Source: Bacteroidota bacterium
GTDB taxonomy: Bacteria > Bacteroidota > Bacteroidia > NS11-12g > UBA955
Reading direction: 5' to 3'
DNA: 50,100 nt
Assembly (NCBI GenBank): GCA_046047755.1
Contig: JBJOHK010000073.1
Location: 1 to 50,100, forward strand
Part shown: piece by piece, positions 34,639-43,808 of the stretch
Numbering within the stretch: position 1 is the first letter of the stretch
Layout: the number at the start of each line of letters is the position of its first letter
Translations under genes and position numbers: made by a program
Notes under the pieces: model-generated
Told to the model about the DNA's origin: nothing
What the model saw: only the letters and a program-made list of their open reading frames with translations
Databases searched by the model: none

Positions 34639-36600
34639 TCAAATATGGCCCAGCCATTTCCGCATGAACCACTCGGCTCCTAATAAAAAGCTGAGGAGCA
34701 ATAACAAAACCCCTTGTTGTCTCCACGGCCATTGGGCCCATTGCTCATCGATACGGGATTCAGGCAATTCAATTCCACCCGCATATGAATGGGACAACAA
34801 CACACCCTGATGTTCGAGTGCCCACTGTTTCAACAATACCGTATCCGAACCCAGTTGGGGCTCAAGGGTAGGTAGGGCTACTTTCCATGCCAGCGATTGT
34901 TCCAATTTGGAGCTCCCCATATTCCAGTAGGCCAACAAGCGATAATCACCCGTGTCTAAGCCTTGAAAAGCAGATTGCCAAACTTCGGCATTACGACTCA
35001 AGTTGGCTTCTTGCACCAGATCCCAAGACCCTTTCCCAGACTTTCGTTCCAATTTCAAGGCAAAATTCCCCTCTGCGCTCATTTGCCCATCGGGGCCTGT
35101 TCTCCAAAGACGCACAGCGAAGGCTTCTGATTCACGGGGCTTTCCCGGAATGATTTTTACCTGCAAGGCGTTCCTTACTCCCGCTCCGGCCATTAATCTA
35201 CCCGCAACAGACAAAACCCAGCGATCAAAGGCTTCGAATGATTGGTTTCGGCGAAAGCAAGCCGCACGCCATCGCCAAAGACCCTTGCCAAAAAACCAAG
35301 CTTCTTCCTGACCTGACGAGGCTTGAAACACACCTAGTGGAAAGGAAGTCTTGGCTCCAAGCGCAACCTGCTTTAAAAAAATGGAAGATTCAGGAATGGA
35401 AACGGACTTAAGCACAGGCATGTACAAAGGCGGATAATCCTCCAAGCCCTCAATGAAAGATTCTGACTCCTGGGTCCAGTACCCAGAACCCTGCCAAACT
35501 CCAGATTGGGGCAGTTCAAGACGAGTTCGATGAGCAAACAGAGAACTGGCCTCTTCGGGCAATGGAAAATGCCAAATCGGGACATCACTAGGCATCTGAC
35601 TCAACTGGGTTGCATTGAGCCCAAATTGAACAATCAAGTCCAGATCATCAGGCATGGATTCTTTCCATGACTGAGTGATTACCGTATGCCCATTGCTCGC
35701 TTTCAAACTTCTAGTTAGGGCTCCGACGTCGGGATGCAACTCACTGTAAACCACCAACACTTTTTTACCAGACTCGATGACCCTTATGGTTTTTTGATCG
35801 CGGTACCAAACCTTACCCGATGGGTCGAGTACCTGAGCCTCCAACACCTGATCGCCTAATTCCGGCAACCTCAAATCCATCGTTAATTGGGCCGCCGTGC
35901 GCTGACCCAAGGGCAGTCGCCCAATGACTCTACCCTTGTGCGAAACAAGCAGGGTTGAGGACGATGGGAAATCACCTACGAGTCGATAGGCCCATTCGCA
36001 GCGAAAGGGCTCATTGACCTTGACCTCTGCGTTCATGGCCCAATGCTCCATGACCAACTGAGCCTGATCAGGTGAATTTCCAAAGGGCACCGTATACAAT
36101 TTTGTTTCGTTTGGCCAGGTGGCATACTGCGGATGCACACCTGCGTTCCATTGACCATCGGTCAACAAAACCACCGCATCAACGGGATTGGGCTGCAAGG
36201 CCAAAGCCTCTGAAACGGCATCCAATCGAGTCCGGCTCTGATCGACATAAGCCGTTGTATCAAATTGCAAATTACCACTTAGCCCACCCAAGGATAGTTC
36301 TACTTTCTCGCCCCATGCCTCTTGAAAACGGCTCACCCACTCAATCATGGCCGCCGTATCATCCCTCAAACTGCTGCTGCGATCAACGATCACCCATACC
36401 TTGGGTTTTCGCTTGACCGAATTTAGCCCCTCACTAATGGGATTTAGGAGCAATAAGCCCAATAAGAAATAAGCCAAAAAACGAGCTCCCATCGGAAGCC
36501 ACCACATACGCTGTCTCAGTCTGTTCCAATATTGAAAAACAGCCAGTAGCGCAGCCAATGCCGCAATGGCGAGAACCCATAGCCCGGAAATCCCCGCCAT
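34639..36600 (-). CDS. VWA-domain membrane protein with an N-terminal double-TM anchor and a C-terminal TM (BatA-like architecture)
   Basis: Two N-terminal TM helices are followed by MIDAS-like motifs VWVIVDRSSSL and VVLLTDGQWN. A long uncharacterised region and a terminal TM segment (VLLLLLSFLLGAEWF) complete the protein. Confidence 0.6.
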   Translation of the reverse strand: MAGISGLWVLAIAALAALLAVFQYWNRLRQRMWWLPMGARFLAYFLLGLLLLNPISEGLNSVKRKPKVWVIVDRSSSLRDDTAAMIEWVSRFQEAWGEKVELSLGGLSGNLQFDTTAYVDQSRTRLDAVSEALALQPNPVDAVVLLTDGQWNAGVHPQYATWPNETKLYTVPFGNSPDQAQLVMEHWAMNAEVKVNEPFRCEWAYRLVGDFPSSSTLLVSHKGRVIGRLPLGQRTAAQLTMDLRLPELGDQVLEAQVLDPSGKVWYRDQKTIRVIESGKKVLVVYSELHPDVGALTRSLKASNGHTVITQSWKESMPDDLDLIVQFGLNATQLSQMPSDVPIWHFPLPEEASSLFAHRTRLELPQSGVWQGSGYWTQESESFIEGLEDYPPLYMPVLKSVSIPESSIFLKQVALGAKTSFPLGVFQASSGQEEAWFFGKGLWRWRAACFRRNQSFEAFDRWVLSVAGRLMAGAGVRNALQVKIIPGKPRESEAFAVRLWRTGPDGQMSAEGNFALKLERKSGKGSWDLVQEANLSRNAEVWQSAFQGLDTGDYRLLAYWNMGSSKLEQSLAWKVALPTLEPQLGSDTVLLKQWALEHQGVLLSHSYAGGIELPESRIDEQWAQWPWRQQGVLLLLLSFLLGAEWFMRKWLGHI

Positions 36601-36609
36601 CCTTAAACC

Positions 36610-37290
36610 TTACTGGCCTATAATAAAAGATTGGCTAAGGGTATTCACACCCTCTTGGTAACGCAAGGTGTAAGTACCTGCTGGCCATTGCCCTACTTGA
36701 ACTTGAGCTTGCTCTTGAACCGGCAATTGCATCACTTTGCGACCCATGGCATCGAAAATAGAGGCATTTTGAACCCCTCTCAAATCCACATTCAACACCT
36801 CACTTACGGGAACCGGATACACTCTAGCTACTTCGCCACTCATCAAAGAAACACGACCCGCAGACCAACGTACGAAAATGTTGTAGGTCAAGGTATCCAT
36901 CGAACTTTCGTTGTAGCGATTCCAAATGGCATATTTAACAACAGCGGTATCGGCTACTCCATTGGGGAAAACCGTTATTTTCAAATAAGCGTCCTGTTGA
37001 GAAGAAATAGGAAACATGGTATCTTGATCAATGAACACCCCATAGCAATTACGGTTATCGCAAAAAGAGACATCCCAGGCCGATGGAAAATCAACCGAAA
37101 CCTTTTTGTACTCCAAAATCAAATCGCTAGACAATTTATTGGTTACGTGTATGGCGCAGTCCATATACCCGCTTGACTCAGGGTAGAAATCGTGGGAATT
37201 GGCGCCCCCCTCTAATTCAAAATCTTGAGCAAATGAAACAGTTGAGAAGGCCAAGGTTGCGACAAATGCGGCCATTTTGCTAATGTTCAT
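36610..37290 (-). CDS. Small secreted protein with a type-A T9SS C-terminal sorting domain
   Basis: Signal peptide (AATLAFSTVSFAQ). The C-terminal ~75 aa (VYPVPVSEVLNVDL...AGTYTLRY...SQSFIIGQ) fit the Por-secretion-tail pattern. Confidence 0.7.
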   Translation of the reverse strand: MNISKMAAFVATLAFSTVSFAQDFELEGGANSHDFYPESSGYMDCAIHVTNKLSSDLILEYKKVSVDFPSAWDVSFCDNRNCYGVFIDQDTMFPISSQQDAYLKITVFPNGVADTAVVKYAIWNRYNESSMDTLTYNIFVRWSAGRVSLMSGEVARVYPVPVSEVLNVDLRGVQNASIFDAMGRKVMQLPVQEQAQVQVGQWPAGTYTLRYQEGVNTLSQSFIIGQ

Positions 37291-37294
37291 ATTG

Positions 37295-37302
37295 CAAATA
37301 TA
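37295..37302 (-). promoter_or_regulatory. -7 box TATATTTG abutting the start codon
   Basis: Exact TAnnTTTG on the minus strand, 4 nt from ATG 37290. Confidence 0.5.
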
Positions 37303-37325
37303 ATCGATGGCGGTTGTTCAAGCCG

Positions 37326-38120
37326 TCAAATCCCTGTCAGCAAAGCCTCTTGTATTTGCGGCAAATGTTGAAAGCAACCCACATAGAGTGCTGGGTCAGT
37401 AGGGGCCCAATCTTTCCATTCGGCTGAATCCTGCCTCTCAGCTTCAACCGCTTCGCGTTCCCGCAGGTACCAAGCCGTACGAATTCCCGCCTCTACACCA
37501 CCCCTCACATCGGTTCGAAACGTATCACCGATGTACAGGCAGTCGGCCGCTTCTGTTTGAGCTTGGTTCAAAGCGGCCTCAAAAAACACTTGGCTGGGCT
37601 TGGCATGTCCAAGGCCTTCGCTGGAAAGCATGAACTCAAAATACCCCCCTAAACCGCAACAGGCCAGCTTGGTTTGCTGGGTTTGTTCAAACCCATTGGT
37701 CAAAATGGCCAACTTAAAATGTGGAGCAATGGCTTGGATAAAATCTCGAGCCCCTGGCATCAAGCGAGTCAGCACTGGGCACAAATCCAAATACTCTTTC
37801 CAAATTCCATCCGGTATCAATGATTCTGGGTAATTGAGTTCCCGAAAAGAATCGGTAAAGCGGGCGCTTCTCAACACCTCTTTGCTTACTTCCCCTCTCT
37901 CGTAACGAGCCCAATACTCGTGATTGATTCGGTTATACACCCGAACAAAATCTTCGGCACTTGCCCCGGTATGCTCTTCAATTGAATGGCGTTGAAACAA
38001 GACATGCAAGGCCTCCTCGGCATTGCCGTCAAAATCCCACAGCGTATTATCCAAATCTAAAAACACCCAAGAAGGCTTAAAACCCTGAAGGTTTAAGTCT
38101 TCAAAGGGCTGCCAGCTCAT
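37326..38120 (-). CDS. HAD-superfamily hydrolase (YjjG/nucleotidase-like)
   Basis: HAD motif I FLDLDNTLWDF, motif II ILTNG, and motif IV YIGDTFRTDV. The start overlaps the adk stop (ATGA). Confidence 0.75.
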   Translation of the reverse strand: MSWQPFEDLNLQGFKPSWVFLDLDNTLWDFDGNAEEALHVLFQRHSIEEHTGASAEDFVRVYNRINHEYWARYERGEVSKEVLRSARFTDSFRELNYPESLIPDGIWKEYLDLCPVLTRLMPGARDFIQAIAPHFKLAILTNGFEQTQQTKLACCGLGGYFEFMLSSEGLGHAKPSQVFFEAALNQAQTEAADCLYIGDTFRTDVRGGVEAGIRTAWYLREREAVEAERQDSAEWKDWAPTDPALYVGCFQHLPQIQEALLTGI

Positions 38121-38695
38121 GACCGAACCTGATCAATTTGGCTGCAGAGATCACCAAAAATGGTCTCTATCTCCCCCATTCCAGGCACGCCGCTATACTT
38201 GTTTTGATGGGTATAGAACGACTGTAAGGGCAAGGTTTTATGCATGTATTCTTGAAAGCGGTTCCGAATGGTCTCTTCGCTCTGGTCGTCAGCTCGGCCT
38301 GAACTTTGGCCTCTGAGCAACAAACGCTTCACCAATTCATCTTCATCCACCTCAAGGCCTAAAACGGCATCAATTCCAGCACCGAATTCTTCGAGCATGG
38401 TATCGAGGGCTTCGGCTTGGGCCACTGTACGAGGGAAACCATCAAAAATGAACCCACTGGCATCGGTATGCTCCAAAATGAAATTGCGAACCATGCCAAT
38501 GACCACTGCATCTGGGACCAATTCACCCTTGGCAATGTATTCATTAGCTTGGAGCCCTAACTGGGTTCCGGCTGCCCGTTCTGCTCTCAACAGATCACCC
38601 GTTGAGATGTGGGACAATTGGTATTTTTCCAGCAAGCGCTCACTCTGGGTTCCTTTACCTGCCCCTGGAGGGCCAAATAGTATCAAATTGAACAT
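38117..38695 (-). CDS. adk: Adenylate kinase (short-lid type)
   Basis: ATG 38695 gives MFNLILFGPPGAGKGTQ. Also present: ISTGDLLR, FIFDGFPRT, and GRADD. The track's start at 38749 lies upstream of the -7 box. Confidence 0.9.
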   Translation of the reverse strand: MFNLILFGPPGAGKGTQSERLLEKYQLSHISTGDLLRAERAAGTQLGLQANEYIAKGELVPDAVVIGMVRNFILEHTDASGFIFDGFPRTVAQAEALDTMLEEFGAGIDAVLGLEVDEDELVKRLLLRGQSSGRADDQSEETIRNRFQEYMHKTLPLQSFYTHQNKYSGVPGMGEIETIFGDLCSQIDQVRS

Positions 38696-38706
38696 ACGTG
38701 AAGCTG

Positions 38707-38714
38707 CAAATGTA
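38707..38714 (-). promoter_or_regulatory. -7 box TACATTTG upstream of adk
   Basis: Exact TAnnTTTG on the minus strand, 11 nt from ATG 38695. Confidence 0.5.
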
Positions 38715-38767
38715 TACCAGACGGGCGAAAAGGAAACCAAATCCTCCATTTATGCCACATCTGCCGT

Positions 38768-38775
38768 TATTTTTG
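38768..38775 (+). promoter_or_regulatory. -7 box TATTTTTG upstream of the nonulosonic-acid locus
   Basis: Exact TAnnTTTG, 16 nt before ATG 38792. Confidence 0.5.
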
Positions 38776-38791
38776 CTTAGCCCTCAAGCCC

Positions 38792-39976
38792 ATGCCAGCG
38801 CTATTTCACGATCTCATCATGCCCATGCGAGCCTTGTTCAGCGATGACACATCGAGGTTCATCCCTTTGCATGCTCCCGCTTTTCATGGCAATGAGAAAG
38901 CCTATTTGAACGAATGCATTGACAGCACTTTTGTGAGCAGCGTAGGCCCATTTGTTGACCGAATTGAAAAAGAAATGGCCGAATTTACCGGTTCCGCTCA
39001 TGCCATTGCTTGTGTTAACGGAACAGCCGCCTTGCACATTTCCCTCCTTTTAGCCGGTGTTCAAAAAGGCGATTTGGTCCTTACCCAGTCCCTCTCTTTC
39101 GTAGCTACAGCCAACGCCATTTCTTACACGGGAGCCGAGCCCTTATTTCTGGATATAGACCCAAAAACCCTATCCCTTTCAAGCCAGGCTGTTGCCCAGT
39201 TTTTAGAAGAAGAATGCAGCCTCAATCCCCGCAAAGAATGCGTACACAACGCGAGCGGAAGACGGGTAAAAGCGATTGTCCCCATGCACAGTTTTGGGTT
39301 TTGCGCCGATGTCCTATCCCTCCAAGAATTGGCCACTCCATACGGCCTTGCCCTAATTGAAGATGCCGCCGAATCATTGGGCTCTTATATAAATGGCAAG
39401 CACAGCGGCACATTTGGACTATTTGGAACCCTGAGTTTCAATGGAAACAAAACCATTACCGCTGGGGGAGGTGGCATAATCCTCACCCAAGATGCTGAAA
39501 TGGCCAAAAAAGCCAAGCACCTAACCACTCAGGCTAAGCAGCCGCATGCCTGGAAGTTCTACCACGACCAAACCGGCTATAATTACAGAATGCCCAACAT
39601 CAATGCGGCTTTACTATGCGCCCAATTGGAACAGTTGCCCGCTTTTCTCAAAGTCAAACGAAGCTTGGCAAAAGAATACAACAGCCTTATTGAGAATTTT
39701 TCCCAGAGCAGCGAACATAGACTTTCCTTTTTGCAGGAGCCTTACGGCCAAACCTGCAATTATTGGCTGTGCGGAATGCTGACCGACAGCCTTGAACAGC
39801 GCGACCAATTTTTAGAGGAGGCCAACGGCTTGAATTTCATGTGTCGCCCGGCCTGGGAGTTGTTGCATACCCTACCCATGTTTCAGCGCAGCCCAAGAGC
39901 CTTAAAACTAGATGAAAGTCAATTCATTTACGAGCGATTGGTTAGCTTGCCCAGCAGCCCCTACCACTTGACATGA
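38792..39976 (+). CDS. DegT/DnrJ/EryC1-family PLP aminotransferase (LegC/PseC-like)
   Basis: Family pattern: FHGNEKAYLNECIDSTFVSSVG, then AIACVNGTAALH, then a SFNGNKTIT-type PLP-lysine segment. It is the first gene of the sugar locus. The start could instead be ATG 38819 or 38825. Confidence 0.75.
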   Translation: MPALFHDLIMPMRALFSDDTSRFIPLHAPAFHGNEKAYLNECIDSTFVSSVGPFVDRIEKEMAEFTGSAHAIACVNGTAALHISLLLAGVQKGDLVLTQSLSFVATANAISYTGAEPLFLDIDPKTLSLSSQAVAQFLEEECSLNPRKECVHNASGRRVKAIVPMHSFGFCADVLSLQELATPYGLALIEDAAESLGSYINGKHSGTFGLFGTLSFNGNKTITAGGGGIILTQDAEMAKKAKHLTTQAKQPHAWKFYHDQTGYNYRMPNINAALLCAQLEQLPAFLKVKRSLAKEYNSLIENFSQSSEHRLSFLQEPYGQTCNYWLCGMLTDSLEQRDQFLEEANGLNFMCRPAWELLHTLPMFQRSPRALKLDESQFIYERLVSLPSSPYHLT

Positions 39977-41127
39977 GTATGTCACAGCCCCATATGGCCC
40001 CCAAAAAAATTGGCATACTGAGCAGTTCCAGGGCCGATTTTAGCATTTACGAGCCTTTGATTCGAGCGCTAAACGATGACCCTGCATTTGAAACACAGCT
40101 CATCGCTTTTGGCACGCATCTGTCTCGGGCTCATGGCTACACCTTGGATTCTATTACCCAAAGCGGGTTCACCGTTGCCCATGCCCTCGACCATTGCTAC
40201 GCCAATGCCGATGAACCAGCGGCTATATCAGAAGCTATGGGCCGAACCATGGTTGAGTTTGCCAAACTCTGGGCGAGAGAAACGTTCGATCTTGTATTTT
40301 GCCTAGGCGATCGATATGAAATGTTGGCGGCTGTTTTGGCGGCTAAGCCTTTCAACATCCCTTTTGCCCACTTATACGGAGGGGAAACCACCTTGGGGGC
40401 CATGGATGAGGCATTTCGTCACAGCATCAGCCACTTGAGCCAATGGCACTTCACGGGCGCCGAGGCCTATGCCGAGCGCGTTCAGGAGTTGACTCAGCGT
40501 CCTGAGCACATTTTCAACTGCGGATACATCAACCTCGATACCCTTTCTAGATTGAACTTCATCAGTCCCGAAGGCATGCACGAGCGCTGTGGGTTGAACA
40601 TGAGCCATCCTACCTTACTCGTCACCATGCATCCAGAAACCGAGCGTTATACCCAAACCGCTCATTTTGCCGATGAACTTTGTGATGCGCTTGAGGCATT
40701 GACAGAATTTCAAGTACTGCTCACTATGCCCAACTCCGACACCCATGGCAATCAAATTCGAAGCCGAGTACTGGATTTGCAGAAACGCCGTTCCGGAATG
40801 GTCTGCGTAGAAAATCTAGGAACGCTAGGATACGCATCGGCCATGAAACACTGCGTGGCTATGTTGGGCAATACGAGCAGTGGCTTCGTAGAGGCTTCTT
40901 TTTTCCCTAAACCTGTCATCAACTTAGGGAAACGACAAGAAGGCCGAATTCTCACTCCCAATATTGCCGGTTGTGACTTCGTCAAAGCCGACATTGTGAA
41001 TTTGGTTCGAAGCCATAGTCGTCAAACATTCGACCCAAAAAGCAGCGCCATTTACGGTCAAGGCCAAAGCACGGCCTGCATCTTACAACAATTGAAAACC
41101 CACATTTTCCCTACCTTGCAAGAATGA
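39973..41127 (+). CDS. neuC: UDP-N-acetylglucosamine 2-epimerase, hydrolysing type (NeuC/LegG-like)
   Basis: NeuC-type motifs: SSRADFSIYEPL, GDRYEMLAAVLAA, IPFAHLYGGETTLGAMDEAFRHSISHLS. ATGA overlap with the upstream gene. Confidence 0.8.
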   Translation: MSMSQPHMAPKKIGILSSSRADFSIYEPLIRALNDDPAFETQLIAFGTHLSRAHGYTLDSITQSGFTVAHALDHCYANADEPAAISEAMGRTMVEFAKLWARETFDLVFCLGDRYEMLAAVLAAKPFNIPFAHLYGGETTLGAMDEAFRHSISHLSQWHFTGAEAYAERVQELTQRPEHIFNCGYINLDTLSRLNFISPEGMHERCGLNMSHPTLLVTMHPETERYTQTAHFADELCDALEALTEFQVLLTMPNSDTHGNQIRSRVLDLQKRRSGMVCVENLGTLGYASAMKHCVAMLGNTSSGFVEASFFPKPVINLGKRQEGRILTPNIAGCDFVKADIVNLVRSHSRQTFDPKSSAIYGQGQSTACILQQLKTHIFPTLQE

Positions 41128-42176
41128 CCCTTCTCGAGCAGCACCAAGTGGAAGCCAGCCAACCGCTGAGCGCAGCCTTGACCCTAATGGGTATTGCAGG
41201 GCATCTTCGAACCTTGTTCGTCACTGACTCTGCTGGGCGAGTGACGGGAACGCTTTCAGACGGAGACATACGCCGCGGCCTCCTTAGGGGTTTGTCGGCA
41301 CAGGACCCTTGTTCCGCCTTCGCTTTCACATCCTTTCGCTCTTTGCGAAAAGGGCAAATCAATGTTCGCCAGCTTCAGGCTTTTCGCGAAAAAGACATTT
41401 GCATATTCCCATTATTGGATGAAAACGATCGATTGGAGCGCATCATAGATCTCAATGACCTGCGTTCTTATCTTCCTTTGACGGCGGTCATCATGGCCGG
41501 CGGATTAGGGCAACGACTAAGACCTCTGACATTAGAGACACCCAAACCCATGTTGCCTGTTGGCGGAGTTCCCATCCTGGAAATCAACATCAAGCGATTG
41601 GTGAGATACGGCATCCGGGAAATCTTTCTTTGTGTGGGTTACAAGAAGGAGCAAATCATGGATCACTTCCAAGATGGATCAGCTTGGGACTGCCATATAC
41701 AGTACATCGAGGAAAACCAACCTTTGGGCACTATGGGAGCATTGGCCTATTTGCCCGAACATCTTGAAAATCAAGAGATACTGTTGTTCAATGCCGATTT
41801 GCTCAGCGATTTAGACTTAGAAGCCTTTTATTTAAGGCACCAAGACCAAGGCAATGACCTCACCGTGGCCAGCATTCCCTATAAGGTAAAAGTCCCCTAT
41901 GCCATTTTGGAACAAGACCAAGATCGGGTGAAAGCTTTTGTCGAAAAACCCACCTATACCTATTTCGCCAATGCTGGATTCTATCTCTTGCAACAATCAG
42001 ATTTGGGTCGAATTCCTAAAGGCGAATTGTTCAATGCCACCGATTTCATGGATCTCTTGATTGCCGATGGGTCGAAAGTGGGCACACATCCCATTTTGGG
42101 ATATTGGAGCGACATAGGCTCCCTATCTGATTACGAAAAAGCGCAAAGCGACGTTCCCAACCTGCATTTGTACTGA
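41124..42176 (+). CDS. CBS-pair plus sugar-1-phosphate nucleotidyltransferase fusion (PtmE-like)
   Basis: The N-terminal ~110 aa are CBS-like. They are followed by AVIMAGGLGQRLRPLTLETPKPMLPV and a GT-A-type NTP-transferase core. Confidence 0.7.
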   Translation: MTLLEQHQVEASQPLSAALTLMGIAGHLRTLFVTDSAGRVTGTLSDGDIRRGLLRGLSAQDPCSAFAFTSFRSLRKGQINVRQLQAFREKDICIFPLLDENDRLERIIDLNDLRSYLPLTAVIMAGGLGQRLRPLTLETPKPMLPVGGVPILEINIKRLVRYGIREIFLCVGYKKEQIMDHFQDGSAWDCHIQYIEENQPLGTMGALAYLPEHLENQEILLFNADLLSDLDLEAFYLRHQDQGNDLTVASIPYKVKVPYAILEQDQDRVKAFVEKPTYTYFANAGFYLLQQSDLGRIPKGELFNATDFMDLLIADGSKVGTHPILGYWSDIGSLSDYEKAQSDVPNLHLY

Positions 42177-42177
42177 T

Positions 42178-42882
42178 ATGTTGTCTCCCAAAACACTTGT
42201 GATCATTCCCGCTCGAGCCGGATCCAAAGGGATTCCTGGTAAGAACTGGCGGTCATTGGGCGGCAAAGCATTGATTCAGTACTCCATGGAACAGGCTTTG
42301 GAAGTAGCCCATCCCGATCAAATTTGCATCAGCACTGATTCCCCCGAGGTTCAAAGCATTGCCCAAAACCTGGGTTTAAGCATTCCCTTCACTCGCCCCG
42401 CTGCCCTTTCCAGTGACACCGCTGGCAGCCGCGAAGTGTTGCTTCATGCCTTGGATCACTTTCAGCAGCAGGGTCAGCATTTTGAAAACCTTTTATTGCT
42501 TCAAGCCACCTCCCCATTTCGACGCTCATCTGACTTGGTTGGCATCGAAGAACAATTGTTAGAAAACCCTACGGCTGATGCCGTTTTCTCGGTTGTCGAG
42601 AGCCGCAGCAACCCCTACTACACCCATTTTCGATTGGAGCAGGATTGCTTGCAACCCTTGCTCAATGGCCAATACACGCGCCGACAAGATCTCCCCCAAG
42701 TATGGGAACTGAACGGTTCCTTGTACGCGATACGAGCTACTTCCTTACTTGCTCATACCTTGGCCGAATTGCCGCAGCGAATGGCCTACAAAATGCCTTC
42801 CAACAGTTTGGTAGATTTAGACACTGAACTGGATTGGCTCTGGGCTGAATTTTTGCTCCAACAAGGCAAAGCCTACCTTTGA
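42178..42882 (+). CDS. Acylneuraminate cytidylyltransferase family (CMP-nonulosonic acid synthetase; NeuA/LegF/PseF-like)
   Basis: The N-terminal IIPARAGSKGIPGKN motif is present. The length (234 aa) and the LLQATSPFR segment are typical of the family. Confidence 0.8.
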   Translation: MLSPKTLVIIPARAGSKGIPGKNWRSLGGKALIQYSMEQALEVAHPDQICISTDSPEVQSIAQNLGLSIPFTRPAALSSDTAGSREVLLHALDHFQQQGQHFENLLLLQATSPFRRSSDLVGIEEQLLENPTADAVFSVVESRSNPYYTHFRLEQDCLQPLLNGQYTRRQDLPQVWELNGSLYAIRATSLLAHTLAELPQRMAYKMPSNSLVDLDTELDWLWAEFLLQQGKAYL

Positions 42883-42885
42883 ACC

Positions 42886-43791
42886 ATGGCCAAGACCTTT
42901 GCATTGAATCTTTGGAACAGCCTACTTTCACTGGGTAAAATTGGCATTCGAAGCCAACTTTTACCCCGTTACTCTAGCCCTGATAAAAAGGTGATCATCG
43001 TAGGGAATGGCCCAAGTGCCAAAGCCCAATTGGACCAGTGGTCATCGGCCGGTCAATGCCCCATGCCATTAATGGCGGTAAACATGATGGCCAGAAGCCC
43101 CTATTTCCAACAGCTCAAGCCGGCTTATTATTTGTTAGCCGACGGAGCTTTTTTCAACTTCCATGCCGAGACCTTTGAAAATGCCGCACTGCACCCCCAT
43201 TGCCTAAGGCACGAGGGCTATCAGCAAACGCAGCAATTGATCAACGAAACTTGGAAAGCCCTTTTGAGCAGCCAGCACCCGCTTACCTTATTCGTTCCCC
43301 AGATTTACCGGAAGAGCTGGATACTGCAGCAAGCAAAATCAAACCCTCAGCTCGAACTTGTTGTTTTCAATTACACCGTTACTCGTGGTTTCGAGTGGTT
43401 GGAAAACCAATTGTACTCATTAGGCCTAGGCTCTCCTCAAAGCCAAAACGTCATCAACAGCTGCATATTCCAAGGTATAAATGCCGGATTCGAAGAACTG
43501 TACCTCATTGGCGTAGACAACAATTTTCACCGCAACATCAAGGTACGCCAGGACAACCAAGTCGTAGTGGTCGACGATCATTTCTATGAAGTGGGCCAAA
43601 AAGAGACCCCATTGAAACACGACGATGCCACGAATACTCCCGTGCGCATGCACGAATTCTTCGCCAACCTAAACAAAGCTTTTTGGGCGCATCATCGATT
43701 GGCTCAATACGCGGCCTACCGAAACGTGCAGGTGTTCAACAGCACTCCCGATTCCTTCATCGACGCCTATGAGCGTCGTTCGATTGGCTGA
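42886..43791 (+). CDS. DUF115/MptE-like (Maf-type) protein; candidate nonulosonic-acid transferase
   Basis: The N-terminal KVIIVGNGPSAK motif resembles the GNGPS motif of Maf/DUF115 proteins and GT42 sialyltransferases. The gene sits between the CMP-sugar synthetase gene and the dehydratase gene. Confidence 0.45.
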   Translation: MAKTFALNLWNSLLSLGKIGIRSQLLPRYSSPDKKVIIVGNGPSAKAQLDQWSSAGQCPMPLMAVNMMARSPYFQQLKPAYYLLADGAFFNFHAETFENAALHPHCLRHEGYQQTQQLINETWKALLSSQHPLTLFVPQIYRKSWILQQAKSNPQLELVVFNYTVTRGFEWLENQLYSLGLGSPQSQNVINSCIFQGINAGFEELYLIGVDNNFHRNIKVRQDNQVVVVDDHFYEVGQKETPLKHDDATNTPVRMHEFFANLNKAFWAHHRLAQYAAYRNVQVFNSTPDSFIDAYERRSIG

Positions 43792-43796
43792 TTGCT

Positions 43797-43804
43797 TATC
43801 TTTG
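43797..43804 (+). promoter_or_regulatory. -7 box TATCTTTG abutting the start codon
   Basis: Exact TAnnTTTG, 4 nt before ATG 43809. Confidence 0.5.
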
Positions 43805-43808
43805 CTTC

